Shown piece by piece: positions 10,593 to 20,488 of a DNA stretch of 64,000 bases. The position numbers were made by a program, and so were the translations under genes. The stretch comes from Phycisphaeraceae bacterium (GTDB taxonomy: Bacteria; Planctomycetota; Phycisphaerae; Phycisphaerales; Phycisphaeraceae): contig OY771506.1 in NCBI GenBank assembly GCA_963674705.1, forward strand, positions 1,472,001-1,536,000, in the 5' to 3' direction. Within the stretch, counting starts at the first letter, position 1. Each line of letters opens with the position of its first letter. The notes beneath the pieces were generated by a model that did no database searches, was not told the origin of the DNA, and saw only the letters and a program-made list of their open reading frames with translations.

Positions 10593-10783
10593 GAATGACA
10601 CCTCGCAAGGGGTTGCAAACTACACACACGATCTTGTCGTGCGCACCAAGTGTTCGGCAGCATGAAGCCACCAATAGGGCTAGTCGGACTATTCTACCGG
10701 AAAATGCCCGTAATGTGGAGGGTAAACCCGCCTGATTGTGTTGTAACAGCGATACACGGTTAAGACGGGCGGTCTGGGTAAGG

Positions 10784-11596
10784 TTATCCACGACGTCTTA
10801 ACAGCCAGCCCACCATACTGGAAGCCATTATGCATGTGGTCGGCTCAGGGATCACCACGGGAGCCGTCAAGTCGGCCTGCTTGTTCCAGTCATCGAGCAC
10901 GGCGTCAAGATCACCCAGCCCGATGTGCCCGTCAGCATTGACGTCGGGGCCCATGAAGGGAACGCATGTTTGGTCGAATGATCCCAGCACCATATCCAAG
11001 TCTGCCAGGCCAACGTAACCATCGCCGTTGATGTCTCCCATCAAAGGGATGTCCGCGTAGGCATCGAGCTGGAAGTTGAACATGTCACAACAACCGGGAT
11101 TGTTTTCACCAAGCAGATGCAGTTGTTTGTTTTCGACCGTAACACTGACCTGCATCGGCTGACCTCCGCCGTCCACGCCTGTAAAGAGCAGGCCCGGGTG
11201 CTCATCCGGCGGGAACACGAACGAACCCTCAAGTCCGGTCAGGTTCAACAGGCTGTCCAGGTCGGCACCTGCCATCCAATTCGGGGGCCCCAGCAATCCA
11301 GGAGGGCTTGTCAGGATGGCATCGACTTCTGCGAACTGGACGAACGGCACCAAGGCAAAACCATGCTCGGGATCATCGACTTGTTCCATGCCCAGCGCGA
11401 TGCCGAAGTTTCCATCAATGCTATAGGTATCATGAATCCCGGCGATACCTCCGGTGACAGTGAATGTGCTGGTATCCGTATCGAAGGTGAACGTACGCAG
11501 GATAATCGGTGGGATGGCGATTGCTTGTGAAGCGGCAGTAAAGAACAGCGTGCAGACGACAAGCCACCGTAAGCAATGTGAAGGGGTAATTGACAT
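10784..11596 (-). CDS. Secreted PEP-CTERM protein with dockerin-like module
   Basis: Signal peptide, GDINGDGYVGLADLD / DVNADGHIGLGDLD, IPEP-TM-RRR; AGGAGGAG RBS. Confidence 0.8.
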   Translation of the reverse strand: MSITPSHCLRWLVVCTLFFTAASQAIAIPPIILRTFTFDTDTSTFTVTGGIAGIHDTYSIDGNFGIALGMEQVDDPEHGFALVPFVQFAEVDAILTSPPGLLGPPNWMAGADLDSLLNLTGLEGSFVFPPDEHPGLLFTGVDGGGQPMQVSVTVENKQLHLLGENNPGCCDMFNFQLDAYADIPLMGDINGDGYVGLADLDMVLGSFDQTCVPFMGPDVNADGHIGLGDLDAVLDDWNKQADLTAPVVIPEPTTCIMASSMVGWLLRRRG

Positions 11597-11718
11597 CGGG
11601 GGCTCCTCCTGAGAATTGGTTTGCGGAGAAGAACACCTAAAAGATAGTCGATTGAAGGGATCGGTCTCAAGAAAAACAGCAAGAAAAGTTGTTTTTCAAC
11701 CGGTTGAAAGCTGAAATG

Positions 11719-11751
11719 AAAACGGCCGCTCACCTTGAGGCAAGCGGCCGT
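11719..11751 (-). terminator. Intrinsic terminator after the 11783-13648 gene
   Basis: ACGGCCGCT/AGCGGCCGT stem with a T run on the minus strand. Confidence 0.7.
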
Positions 11752-11782
11752 GTGTAGTTGTATTTAGTGCTGACGCGGTAAC

Positions 11783-13648
11783 TTAGCGACGACGGATCAT
11801 CGCCAGGCCACCGAGACCGAGCAGCGCCATGGTGGCGGGTTCGGGCACGACGGAAGCGGGCGGGGTGCCTTCGTTCCAGTGGTTCAGCACGGTGTCAAGG
11901 TCTTCCAGGCCGACGTAGCCGTCGCCGGACGGATCGCCCTGAAGCTTATCGCCCGCGGTTACGTTCTGGTTCCAGTTCTGCAGAACGATATCCAGGTCAT
12001 CGAGGCCGACGAAGCCGTCACCATTGAGGTCGCCTTCGAGGACGGTTGTGCCACCGACGTTGGGATAGAACACGCCGTTGATGGTGAAGCCATCAGACGA
12101 GGTGACCGCGACGCTGTCGCCACCTGGGCTGAAGACGTAAGCGAGTTCAGCGGTGTTGCTGGTGACGTAGACGTTACCAGCCAGGTCCATCGCGACCGGG
12201 ACACGCAGGCCGGCGCCGGTGTCGCCGACAGCAATTGCACCGAGCATGATGTCCTGCGGGGTGTAGTCGCCGTTGAATGCCAGACCGGCATCGGTCAGGT
12301 CAAGGACCGGAACGCCGCTGGCATCGAGTTCGATGGCGATCACTTCAGCCGGGCCAAAGAAGTCATTGACACCGCTGGTCGTCGTGGTGCCGGCAAAGCT
12401 GCGGCTCAGGACGATGAAGCTGCCGTCGGGCGAGACGACCGCGTCGGTGGTGGCACGGAAGATGTCCTGGATGCCGTCGAAGTTTTCGACCAGCAGGTCG
12501 TCTTCGGCGCCGTCGAGGTTGTTATCCAGTGAGAACTGGCGTGAGTTGAAGAGGATGGTGCTGAAGTCGCCATCGAAGATCAACAGGCCGGTCTCGTTAC
12601 CGTCGTTACGACGCTGTGTGACGATCCAATTGTCATGCACTTCGTCGTAAGTGAGGTCACTGTCGACGCCCGGGACGTCCGGGAAGAGGATACGGCTGCC
12701 GTCGGAGTTGGTGCCGTTGCCGTTGGGGCCGATCAGGCTGATATCAACTTCGAGCACAGCGCTGCCGCTGTAGCCAGTGGCGCCGGGGTCCGAACCGATG
12801 TCGTAGCGCCAGATGTGCTGGACACTGCCGGCGGCGGTGTTCGGGTCGGTGGATTCCAGGTCTTCATCGATGGTCCAGAGGGTCAGGTCGCCGCCACCGA
12901 GTGAGCCGGTGATGACGGGTGTGCTGACGATGGAGCCGTGGTTCTGGCCGACGATCGGCGGGGTGCCGCCGGGGCTGGCCAGCAGGACGTTACCGGTGGT
13001 GACGGAGGCGTCGGTGATGTACATGCCGCCGTTGGCGTCGGACCAGTCGCTGATGTACAGGGCGTCATCAACACCAACCTGGATGCGGAACGGCGAACTG
13101 CTGGTGCCGGCGAAGTAGCTGCCGAGACCGGCTTGCCGTGCGGCGGAGGTATCGTTGGGGTCGGTGATGCCGTTGATGTCGGTGCCGTCGGCGTTGAAGA
13201 CATAGATGCCGTCACCGAGGGTGCGGCCGGCAGCCGTGCTGATTTCAGCCCGGTGCGAGACGTAGTACTGGCCGAAGCTGGCGCTGCCGGGGTTCATGTT
13301 CACAGCGATGCCGTTGGCACGCTCGAATCCCATCATCGCGTTACCGAGGCTGACGCTGGTTTCATAATAACCGGCGGCTTCGCTGTTGGTGACTTCGATG
13401 CTGTAGGTGCTGAAGCCGGTCATATCGAATGACTTGGCGCCGGCGGCTTCATTGTTGAGGGTGATCGTGTTGCCACCGTCACGGGTGATGACGACCGAGT
13501 CGGCCTCTTCGTTGAGAACCCAACTGACGGTGTTGCCGGACTGCGAAACCTGCGCCGCGTAGGGCACAGCCAGAGCAGTACTGCTCACCGTCACGATAGC
13601 CGCCGAAGCGACACACGCGAGCAGAGCCTTAGTGGAATAGCGAATCAT
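11783..13648 (-). CDS. Large acidic secreted PEP-CTERM protein (probable beta-propeller) with dockerin-like module
   Basis: Signal peptide, blade-like strands (LYISDWS, DLAGNVYVT), dockerin repeats, VPEP-TM-RRR; strongly biased codon usage; AGGAGAAGGA RBS. Confidence 0.82.
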   Translation of the reverse strand: MIRYSTKALLACVASAAIVTVSSTALAVPYAAQVSQSGNTVSWVLNEEADSVVITRDGGNTITLNNEAAGAKSFDMTGFSTYSIEVTNSEAAGYYETSVSLGNAMMGFERANGIAVNMNPGSASFGQYYVSHRAEISTAAGRTLGDGIYVFNADGTDINGITDPNDTSAARQAGLGSYFAGTSSSPFRIQVGVDDALYISDWSDANGGMYITDASVTTGNVLLASPGGTPPIVGQNHGSIVSTPVITGSLGGGDLTLWTIDEDLESTDPNTAAGSVQHIWRYDIGSDPGATGYSGSAVLEVDISLIGPNGNGTNSDGSRILFPDVPGVDSDLTYDEVHDNWIVTQRRNDGNETGLLIFDGDFSTILFNSRQFSLDNNLDGAEDDLLVENFDGIQDIFRATTDAVVSPDGSFIVLSRSFAGTTTTSGVNDFFGPAEVIAIELDASGVPVLDLTDAGLAFNGDYTPQDIMLGAIAVGDTGAGLRVPVAMDLAGNVYVTSNTAELAYVFSPGGDSVAVTSSDGFTINGVFYPNVGGTTVLEGDLNGDGFVGLDDLDIVLQNWNQNVTAGDKLQGDPSGDGYVGLEDLDTVLNHWNEGTPPASVVPEPATMALLGLGGLAMIRRR

Positions 13649-14050
13649 GTTTTCCTTCTCCTAATTGAGGAATAAAAAAACGGTTGTAGTCGAACGCTTG
13701 TCCCCCCGATCGTCCCGGACAACCCAAACACAGCTTGTCCTGGTATATCTAAAACGGTCATAGGTACGGCCATAGTAAAGCACTCTGTTACCGTGCCACG
13801 CCGTAGAGCATTTAAAATACTTACTGCCTCATCCTTCCCGTCGCCCGTCCTGGTTGAGATGATCTCTCATCCTAAACTTCTTTGCATCGCTCTAGACAGG
13901 TACCACCAGCGATGCAGACACAAGCCAAACCAATAATATTCTACCTCCATCCTTCACTTATTCACAGCCTAATTATGCAAGATTCCAGCATATCAATCAT
14001 TTTCTAACTTACCCAACCCGATTTACTTAATCAATGTGAAATTGGGGGGT

Positions 14051-14947
14051 TTATTGTTCCCCAGCGATGATTGGAGCTTGGCCGGCCGGGTCCCAGATGC
14101 GGCCGTATTCAAAGACACGAGTGGGTTTGACCCGGAAGCCAGCATCAAAGCGATAAATCTCTTCCTCGGACTTTTTACGTACTTCAGCGTGGCCGTCGCC
14201 AAACCCGAAGGTTGCTCCATCGCTGTGATACCACTTGGTTTTGTCCGCACCACCCGCACTATTGTTTCCGCCAGGAAGATCGCTGAAGAGATTTTCAAAA
14301 AAACCATCATTCACACCAATATTCGATAATCCACCAGGCAAGTTAGCGTCTTCTGCTGGACCACCCTCATCGACAATGAAAATAAAGTTAGAGGGCCGTA
14401 CGATTTTATCTGATTGTGGATATCTGGCAGTACCAACAGTGGTTGCGCCGTCTTTGATGGTTACTTGTTCAGACGGCTCCATGGATGTTATGGCTGCCCA
14501 TGATGGTTGATTTGGATTACGCCGAACATAGCGATAAAGATGGTTGCTTATGGTGTAACTCAAGCCGCTACTAAGATGTGAATACTCGTCCTCTGGACAA
14601 CTAAAGACGCCATAGTCCGGCGTATAATCCCAAATGCTGCCATCCGCCAGATCCACGGTCCCTTCGGGTAATTGAAGACTGTTGCATGGGATCCAGGCCC
14701 CCATGTGTTCATTTTTTATGTCGCTGTAAGCTAACGTAGCCCATCCGGGCCACCATCCCTGGTGATCCGTACCATATGCAACGAATGCAGTTGTTAAGTT
14801 CTTCATGTTGGCTTGGCACACGATCGCACGAGCCGACCGGCGCGCGGCACCAAGCGCCGGCAGCAAAATGCCGACCAGCAGTGCGATGATCGAAATCACC
14901 ACCAGTAGTTCGATCAGGGTAAACGCTTTCTTTTTACTAGCAATCAT
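14051..14947 (-). CDS. Prepilin-type N-terminal cleavage/methylation, H-X9-DG (DUF1559-like) protein
   Basis: [42 protein letters not shown]. Confidence 0.88.
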   Translation of the reverse strand: MIASKKKAFTLIELLVVISIIALLVGILLPALGAARRSARAIVCQANMKNLTTAFVAYGTDHQGWWPGWATLAYSDIKNEHMGAWIPCNSLQLPEGTVDLADGSIWDYTPDYGVFSCPEDEYSHLSSGLSYTISNHLYRYVRRNPNQPSWAAITSMEPSEQVTIKDGATTVGTARYPQSDKIVRPSNFIFIVDEGGPAEDANLPGGLSNIGVNDGFFENLFSDLPGGNNSAGGADKTKWYHSDGATFGFGDGHAEVRKKSEEEIYRFDAGFRVKPTRVFEYGRIWDPAGQAPIIAGEQ

Positions 14948-15012
14948 CGTTCTCATCCTGGTGTTACTTTGTTTTTTAATACAAGCCCGCCAATGTTTAT
15001 ATAGCGATGTGA

Positions 15013-15942
15013 TTATCTGAGGTCCCATTTGTTATTGTCTGGATCAGCATCATAGTCCGTCAACTCGTCCTGCCCATAGGGATTTTCGGGATCGGCGATT
15101 GCGAAGCTATCACCGTGGCCATCGGCCCAGGCGACGTTGATCGAAGAGTTGTGTCGCGGATCGGGGAAGCCCGTGTGGTTGGTCTTGGTTGGGTAGATGT
15201 AGCCCGGGTAGACGTAGCTCATGCCGATCTTGATGTCGATGCCCCTGCCGGCAAGCGTCGTCTCGACTTTGTAGTTGCGTGAATCGGTCAGGGCGATGGT
15301 TTCGGAGGGATTGTCGACGTCGGCGGTGTTCGCGGTTGAACTGAAGACATGCCAATCGGGATGTGCGCTGTTCATGGTTGCGATCAGCGTGCGACTGCTT
15401 TGCGCCCGTGCCGCCGCATCGTTTTTCATCCCCCTGCCGTAACCGGAGCCGAGGTAGTAGACGTTGTAGCCGTACTCGCCAAAGTTCCAGCCTCGCCATG
15501 CGGTGTCACCGGGCGTTTGGCCGGCGGTCATCTGGGTGAAGTCGGAATGGGCGCGGACGCTCTCGGGAACGGGGATCGAATCGAGCGACGGGCAGTCAAA
15601 ACCGAGCGGCCCGGGCAGGTAGCCATCATCGACAAACTTGGCGGTCCACCATGCGCCCGGTTCGCCATTGGAGCCCACCGGTGCTTCCAAAAGACTCTGG
15701 GCATAGTTCACCGGCGCCAGGCTCCATCCGCCGCCGAAGATATAAATCGGGTAGTAGTCCTTGTTATCCGCGGTGTAGGCAATGATCGCGACGCCGGTTT
15801 GCCGGACGTTACTGAGGCAGACTGCTTTCTGGGCACTTTTGCGTGCGGCCCCCAAGGCCGGAAGCAGGATGCCAACGAGCAAAGCGATGATCGAAATCAC
15901 CACCAACAACTCGATCAATGTAAACGCTTTGGTTTTATGCAC
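15013..15942 (-). CDS. DUF1559-like prepilin-type protein
   Basis: [10 protein letters not shown]..., [21 protein letters not shown] start inferred from the upstream AGGA. Confidence 0.88.
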   Translation of the reverse strand: MHKTKAFTLIELLVVISIIALLVGILLPALGAARKSAQKAVCLSNVRQTGVAIIAYTADNKDYYPIYIFGGGWSLAPVNYAQSLLEAPVGSNGEPGAWWTAKFVDDGYLPGPLGFDCPSLDSIPVPESVRAHSDFTQMTAGQTPGDTAWRGWNFGEYGYNVYYLGSGYGRGMKNDAAARAQSSRTLIATMNSAHPDWHVFSSTANTADVDNPSETIALTDSRNYKVETTLAGRGIDIKIGMSYVYPGYIYPTKTNHTGFPDPRHNSSINVAWADGHGDSFAIADPENPYGQDELTDYDADPDNNKWDLR

Positions 15943-16014
15943 GGCTAAGTCCTGGTTTTCAGTTGCCTGACTGTTGCCTACCACAAGCCTGCCTAATATC
16001 AATCCAACCCCTGC

Positions 16015-16911
16015 TTATCGCAGGTCCCACTTATTATCAAGAGGATACCTCAGCGAGTCGGTCAGTTCGTCCGGACCGTAAGGGTCTTCTTCGTCTGCCA
16101 CAGCGAAGCTGTCGCCGTGGCCGTCGGACCAGTACACATTGACCGATGAGTTGTGCCGCGGATCGGCGAAGCCCCATTGCTTCGTTTTGTTCGGCGGATC
16201 GGATGCGGGGAACAGGTAACTCACACCGATCTGAATTTCAGCGCGGCCTTCCATCGATGTCTGCAACGCATAGTTGCGAGAATCTGACAAGCCGATGGTC
16301 TGCGACGCATTGTTCAGGTCCGACGAGCGAGCGGAACGTTTGTAGTCCTCGGTAATAAATGCCGTGATGGTTGGGGTGTCCTTTTTACGTAATCCCAGAC
16401 CCGAGCCGAGGAAGTACGCGTTGTAGCCATATTCTGCGAACTGCCAGCCCTCCCATGCGGTGTCGCCATCGACTTCACCAGCGGTGCATTCAGCAAAGTC
16501 GCGATGCATGTTTGCATTGGTGTTTGGGATTGGGATGGTATCCATGGTTGGGCAGTCAAACGCCAGCGGACCGGGCAGATAGTCGCTTTCCACAAGCTTG
16601 GCGGTCCACCAGGCGCCCGGGCCACTTGCATCGCTTGGGGCCTGCATCGCCCTTTGCGCATATCGATATGGCGCCATATCCCAATTATCGCTGAAGATGT
16701 ACAGCGGGAAGAAGTCATCGTTGTCGGTGCTGTATGAAACCAGTGCGATGCCTGTTTGTCGGACGTTACTCAGGCACACAGCCTTCTGGGCGCTCTGTCG
16801 TGCGGCGCTCAGCGCGGGCAGGAGGATGCCGACGAGCAGCGCGATGATGGAGATCACCACGAGCAGTTCGATCAGGGTGAAGCCGGGAACGCCGACCTTG
16901 GAACGTTTCAT
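16015..16911 (-). CDS. DUF1559-like prepilin-type protein (close paralog of 15013-15942)
   Basis: [10 protein letters not shown]..., [32 protein letters not shown]; same NKWDLR ending as its neighbour. Confidence 0.88.
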   Translation of the reverse strand: MKRSKVGVPGFTLIELLVVISIIALLVGILLPALSAARQSAQKAVCLSNVRQTGIALVSYSTDNDDFFPLYIFSDNWDMAPYRYAQRAMQAPSDASGPGAWWTAKLVESDYLPGPLAFDCPTMDTIPIPNTNANMHRDFAECTAGEVDGDTAWEGWQFAEYGYNAYFLGSGLGLRKKDTPTITAFITEDYKRSARSSDLNNASQTIGLSDSRNYALQTSMEGRAEIQIGVSYLFPASDPPNKTKQWGFADPRHNSSVNVYWSDGHGDSFAVADEEDPYGPDELTDSLRYPLDNKWDLR

Positions 16912-17259
16912 CAAATTACCTTTCACGCACTTCAAAAACATAAAAAAGATTCAACGCGAATACGAGAGCCGTAAGGCTCCAGGCTGGCTGATCGTGATAG
17001 CTGCCCTGCCGGCGTGGCGTGTGCCGAAGCGGTTTTTGCTCTCAGCATGCCCATGCCCGGGCCAAAATGAACTCGCCCTTCCAGGTAGTTCGGCCCTCTC
17101 ATCCAAAATGACCCACCATACGCTTTACGACCGACACACAAGCCAAAAGAAAAGAACAAAAGCTAAACGGCCGTTGATAATAATATAATATCCCTTTGCG
17201 CTCTCAATGCAACCCCCGACCGGGCGCTTTGTGCCGGAGAATACAGGAATAAAATCACA

Positions 17260-17844
17260 TCATTTACGCATCAAAAGAGCGAGATATTCCATATTTCCGC
17301 CCTTGCCGCCACGGATAGGCGACGAGATGTGGTGGGTCGACATAAAACCCATGTCTTCCAGCTTTTGAAGAATCTGCTCTGTCACGTGTAAAGCCTGATC
17401 GTCGTTCAGCTTCCCCTTACGCCTGCCGCCCATGGCATCGGCGGTCGCTTCGTAGTGAGGCTTGATCAGGCTGATGATCCTGGCATTTGGCGAATCACTC
17501 AGCCAGCGTGCTGCGGCCGGGATGGCGCGGTGTTGCGGGGTCCAGCCAAGGTCCACCGTGACCAGCTCGCAAGGGGCTAAGGGCTCTGTGTGCAAGGCGT
17601 TAGACCGCTCCAGAACGGTGACCCGCTCGTCCTGACGCAGCTTCCAGGCCAGTTCCCCATAAGCGGTGTCCACCGCGTAGACGTGCTTGGCGCCGTGTTG
17701 AAGCAGGCAATCTGTAAAGCCACCCGTCGAACAGCCCAAATCCGCACAGATCAGGCCCGTGGGATCGATCTGGAAAGCCTCCAAAGCGGTGTGGAGCTTT
17801 AAGCCGGCCCTGGATACGTACTTAGGAGTGTCTTGGTCGGGCAT
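17260..17844 (-). CDS. tlyA: TlyA-family RNA methyltransferase lacking the S4 domain
   Basis: YVSRAGLKL, DLGCSTGGFTDCLLQHGA, LIKPHYE, SPIRGGKGGNMEYL. Confidence 0.85.
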   Translation of the reverse strand: MPDQDTPKYVSRAGLKLHTALEAFQIDPTGLICADLGCSTGGFTDCLLQHGAKHVYAVDTAYGELAWKLRQDERVTVLERSNALHTEPLAPCELVTVDLGWTPQHRAIPAAARWLSDSPNARIISLIKPHYEATADAMGGRRKGKLNDDQALHVTEQILQKLEDMGFMSTHHISSPIRGGKGGNMEYLALLMRK

Positions 17845-17931
17845 GATTCGGGTAATACATGGTAACGTTTTGTGGGAGGAAATATTCTTGCGGAAATTGT
17901 CGGATTATGCAGGCTATATTCATATTAACGC

Positions 17932-17959
17932 TTGATTTTTCGGGTTTAAGTTTTATTAT
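17932..17959 (+). promoter_or_regulatory. Putative sigma70 promoter for an orphan plus-strand transcript
   Basis: TTGATT-N16-TATTAT in an AT-rich stretch. Confidence 0.4.
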
Positions 17960-17965
17960 GAATAT

Positions 17966-18217
17966 GCAGTAAGTCCCGAACAGGGACGAGGTGCGTTCGC
18001 CTTAAGTAGCCGTATAGGGCTCTGGCGGGCCATCAACATCGTGAGGAGGAGAACCCGAAATCTCCCTCCTTGCAATTTGCATGGGTGTTCGTTGTAATAC
18101 CCTGCGGATGTTGTGGTTAAAGCATCTCAGGTATATTTGATCCCAAGACATCCTACGGAGGGATGCTTGAACGCTGAGACGACCCGTTCCCGCTAAGGGG
18201 GCGGGTCGTGTTTTTTT
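17966..18217 (+). ncRNA. Candidate structured non-coding RNA (family unassigned)
   Basis: Nested stems (see findings), an upstream promoter-like element and a plus-strand terminator, lying between two minus-strand genes. Confidence 0.55.
18179..18217 (+). terminator. Plus-strand intrinsic terminator
   Basis: 13-bp stem ACGACCCGTTCCC/GGGGGCGGGTCGT with two G-U pairs valid only on the plus strand, followed by T7. Confidence 0.8.
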
Positions 18218-18248
18218 GCACATGATCTTTTGTATTGATTGATAAGAA

Positions 18249-18277
18249 GAAGCCCACGTTTTGAAAACGTGGGCTTC
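18249..18277. repeat. REP-like palindrome, copy 1 (after iscA)
   Basis: GAAGCCCACGTTT-TGA-AAACGTGGGCTTC perfect 13-bp stem. Confidence 0.7.
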
Positions 18278-18305
18278 GGTGTATTTTGAATGTTTATTGT
18301 CTGGA

Positions 18306-18638
18306 TCAGGCCTGGAAGCTGCTGCCGCAGCCGCAGGTGGTGGTAGCGTTGGGGTTGTTAAACACAAAGCCCCGTCCCATGATCTCGTCTTTGAAGTCGA
18401 TCGTCGTGCCGTTGAGGTACAGGTAGCTCTTGGGGTCGCAGACGATCTTGATTTCGTGCTGATCAAAGGTCTCGTCGGTATCGCGGTGCTGTTCGGTGAG
18501 GTCCAGCAGGTAGCTGAAGCCTGAGCAGCCCCCGCCCTTGACGCCGACGCGCAGGCGGACGTTTTCCGCATCGAGTTCCTGCTGCTGGATGATGGTCTTG
18601 ATCTCACGAGCAGCGGTTTCGGTGAGGGTGATTGCCAT
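18306..18638 (-). CDS. iscA: A-type Fe-S carrier IscA/HesB
   Basis: GGGCSGFSY and TCGCGSSF; GGAG RBS before ATG 18638. Confidence 0.93.
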   Translation of the reverse strand: MAITLTETAAREIKTIIQQQELDAENVRLRVGVKGGGCSGFSYLLDLTEQHRDTDETFDQHEIKIVCDPKSYLYLNGTTIDFKDEIMGRGFVFNNPNATTTCGCGSSFQA

Positions 18639-18732
18639 GGTGTGGTACTCCAAAAATCGTGCCGGGCGATGCCGCCGGGTTGCTGTTGATAAGCGGTGTA
18701 TTGTAGGCAACAAATCCAAAGAATGTTCGGAC

Positions 18733-19137
18733 TTAATGGTCGTGATCGTGGTCCAGTCCGTTCTTTTCCTGGTAGTCATGGATCGCGCTTTTAATCGCGT
18801 CCTCAGCCAGGACCGAGCAGTGGATCTTCACCGGCGGCAGGCTCAGTTCCTGCACGATCTCGGTGTTCTTGATCGCCAGGGCTTCCGCAATCGTTCTGCC
18901 CTTCACCCACTCGGTGGCAAGGCTCGAGCTGGCGATCGCCGAGCCACAGCCGAAGGTCTTGAACTTGGCGTCGGTGATTTTGCCGGTTTTTTCATCGACC
19001 TGGATCTGCAGCTTCATCACGTCGCCGCACTCGGGCGCGCCGACGATACCGGTGCCGACATTTTTGGCGTTCTTGTCGAGACTGCCGACGTTGCGTGGCT
19101 GTTCGTAGTGGCTTAGGACTTTGTCACTGTAGGCCAT
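18733..19137 (-). CDS. iscU: Fe-S scaffold IscU
   Basis: GAPECGDVM, FGCGSAIAS, LPPVKIHCS. Confidence 0.96.
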   Translation of the reverse strand: MAYSDKVLSHYEQPRNVGSLDKNAKNVGTGIVGAPECGDVMKLQIQVDEKTGKITDAKFKTFGCGSAIASSSLATEWVKGRTIAEALAIKNTEIVQELSLPPVKIHCSVLAEDAIKSAIHDYQEKNGLDHDHDH

Positions 19138-19186
19138 GGGGTACTCCGTTTAGTTTTATACTGTGTGTGATTATTTGTTTTCAGGC

Positions 19187-19215
19187 AAGCCCCACGTTCG
19201 ACGAACGTGGGCTTC
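19187..19215. repeat. REP-like palindrome, copy 2 (between iscS and iscU)
   Basis: CCCACGTTC-GAC-GAACGTGGG-CTTC; same arms as 18249-18277. Confidence 0.7.
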
Positions 19216-19247
19216 GGGGTTTGTATTGTTCGAGACTCCACACTAAC

Positions 19248-20468
19248 TCAGTGTGCGCCCCATTCGATCTTGCTGATGTCGATGCCTTCGAGCACCATCT
19301 CGTAGAGCGGGCTGAGCTCCAATAGCTTCTTCACTGCGGTGACGACCTTGTCGACGGTGTAGTCGACTTCTTCTTCGGTCGTGAATCGTCCCAGGCCGAA
19401 GCGGATCGAGCTGTGTGCGATTTCATCACCGAGCCCAAGCGCCTTGAGCACGTAGCTGGGTTCAAGCGATGCGCTGGTGCAGGCCGAACCGGAGCTGACC
19501 GCGATCTCTTTGATCGCCATCATCATGCTTTCACCTTCGACATAGGGGAAGCTGATGTTCGTTGTGTGCGGCAGTCGGCGCTGCTTGTTGCCATTGACGA
19601 CTGCATGTTCGAGCTGACTGACGATTCCGTTTTCAAGGCGGTCGCGCAGCGAGGACAGCCGCTTGGTTTCTGCTTCCATTTCCTGGTTGCAGATTTCGCA
19701 GGCTTTACCCAGGCCGACGATGCCTGTGACGTTGAGCGTGCCGGACCGCATGCCGCGTTCATGCCCCCCACCGTCGATGATGGGCGTCAGGCGGACGCGT
19801 GGCTTACGGCGGCGGACGTAGAGGAAACCCGCGCCCTTGGGCCCGTAGATTTTATGAGCCGAACCCGAAAGCAGATCGACGCCGGCGGCATTGACATCCA
19901 CAGGGATCTTGCCGACCGCTTGCGTCCCGTCGGTGTGCAGCAGCACGCCTTTTTCCTTGCAGATTTTGCCGATCTCCGGCAGTTCATTGATCGTGCCAAG
20001 CTCGTTGTTGGCCCACATGATCGAGACAAGGATCGTGTCGTCACGGATCGCTTCCGCAACCTGCTCAGCATAAATGATGCCGTCCGACTTCGGCTCAAGC
20101 CAGGTCACGTCATAACCCAGCTTCGCAAGGCGCTTGCAAGGATCGAGCGTGGCTTTGTGCTCGTGCACAGCAGTAATGATGTGCTTGCCCTTATCCTTAT
20201 ACATGTCAGCGGCGCCCTTGATCGCCAGGTTGTTGGATTCGGTGCTGCCGCTGGTCCAGATGATCTCTTTCGGGTCGGCGCCGATCAGGTCGGCGACCTG
20301 TTTGCGTGCAAGCTTTACGCCGTCTTCTGCTTCCCAGCCGAACTGGTGGTTACGGCTGGCGGCGTTGCCGAACTTCTCGGTGAAGTAAGGCAGCATCGCT
20401 TCAAGAACGCGCGGGTCCATCGGAGTGGTCGCGTTGTGGTCCATGTAGATTGGCAACTTCAGTGCCAT
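19248..20468 (-). CDS. iscS: Cysteine desulfurase IscS
   Basis: [28 protein letters not shown]-terminal IEWGAH. Confidence 0.96.
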   Translation of the reverse strand: MALKLPIYMDHNATTPMDPRVLEAMLPYFTEKFGNAASRNHQFGWEAEDGVKLARKQVADLIGADPKEIIWTSGSTESNNLAIKGAADMYKDKGKHIITAVHEHKATLDPCKRLAKLGYDVTWLEPKSDGIIYAEQVAEAIRDDTILVSIMWANNELGTINELPEIGKICKEKGVLLHTDGTQAVGKIPVDVNAAGVDLLSGSAHKIYGPKGAGFLYVRRRKPRVRLTPIIDGGGHERGMRSGTLNVTGIVGLGKACEICNQEMEAETKRLSSLRDRLENGIVSQLEHAVVNGNKQRRLPHTTNISFPYVEGESMMMAIKEIAVSSGSACTSASLEPSYVLKALGLGDEIAHSSIRFGLGRFTTEEEVDYTVDKVVTAVKKLLELSPLYEMVLEGIDISKIEWGAH

Positions 20469-20488
20469 GTGTTCGACTCCTTAGAGAA

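Noticed and set aside
17260..17844. tlyA as a pseudogene because the S4 domain is missing
   Set aside because: The methyltransferase domain is intact with a clean start and no upstream S4 remnant recognised; treated as a natural short form.
17983..18030. Fluoride-riboswitch-like start (GGTGCGTTCGCCTTAA...AGCC/GGCT)
   Set aside because: The 3' consensus segment is missing and there is no downstream plus-strand gene to regulate.
18002..18607. 201-aa minus ORF overlapping iscA
   Set aside because: An alternate frame of iscA running through repeat and terminator sequence; no protein features.
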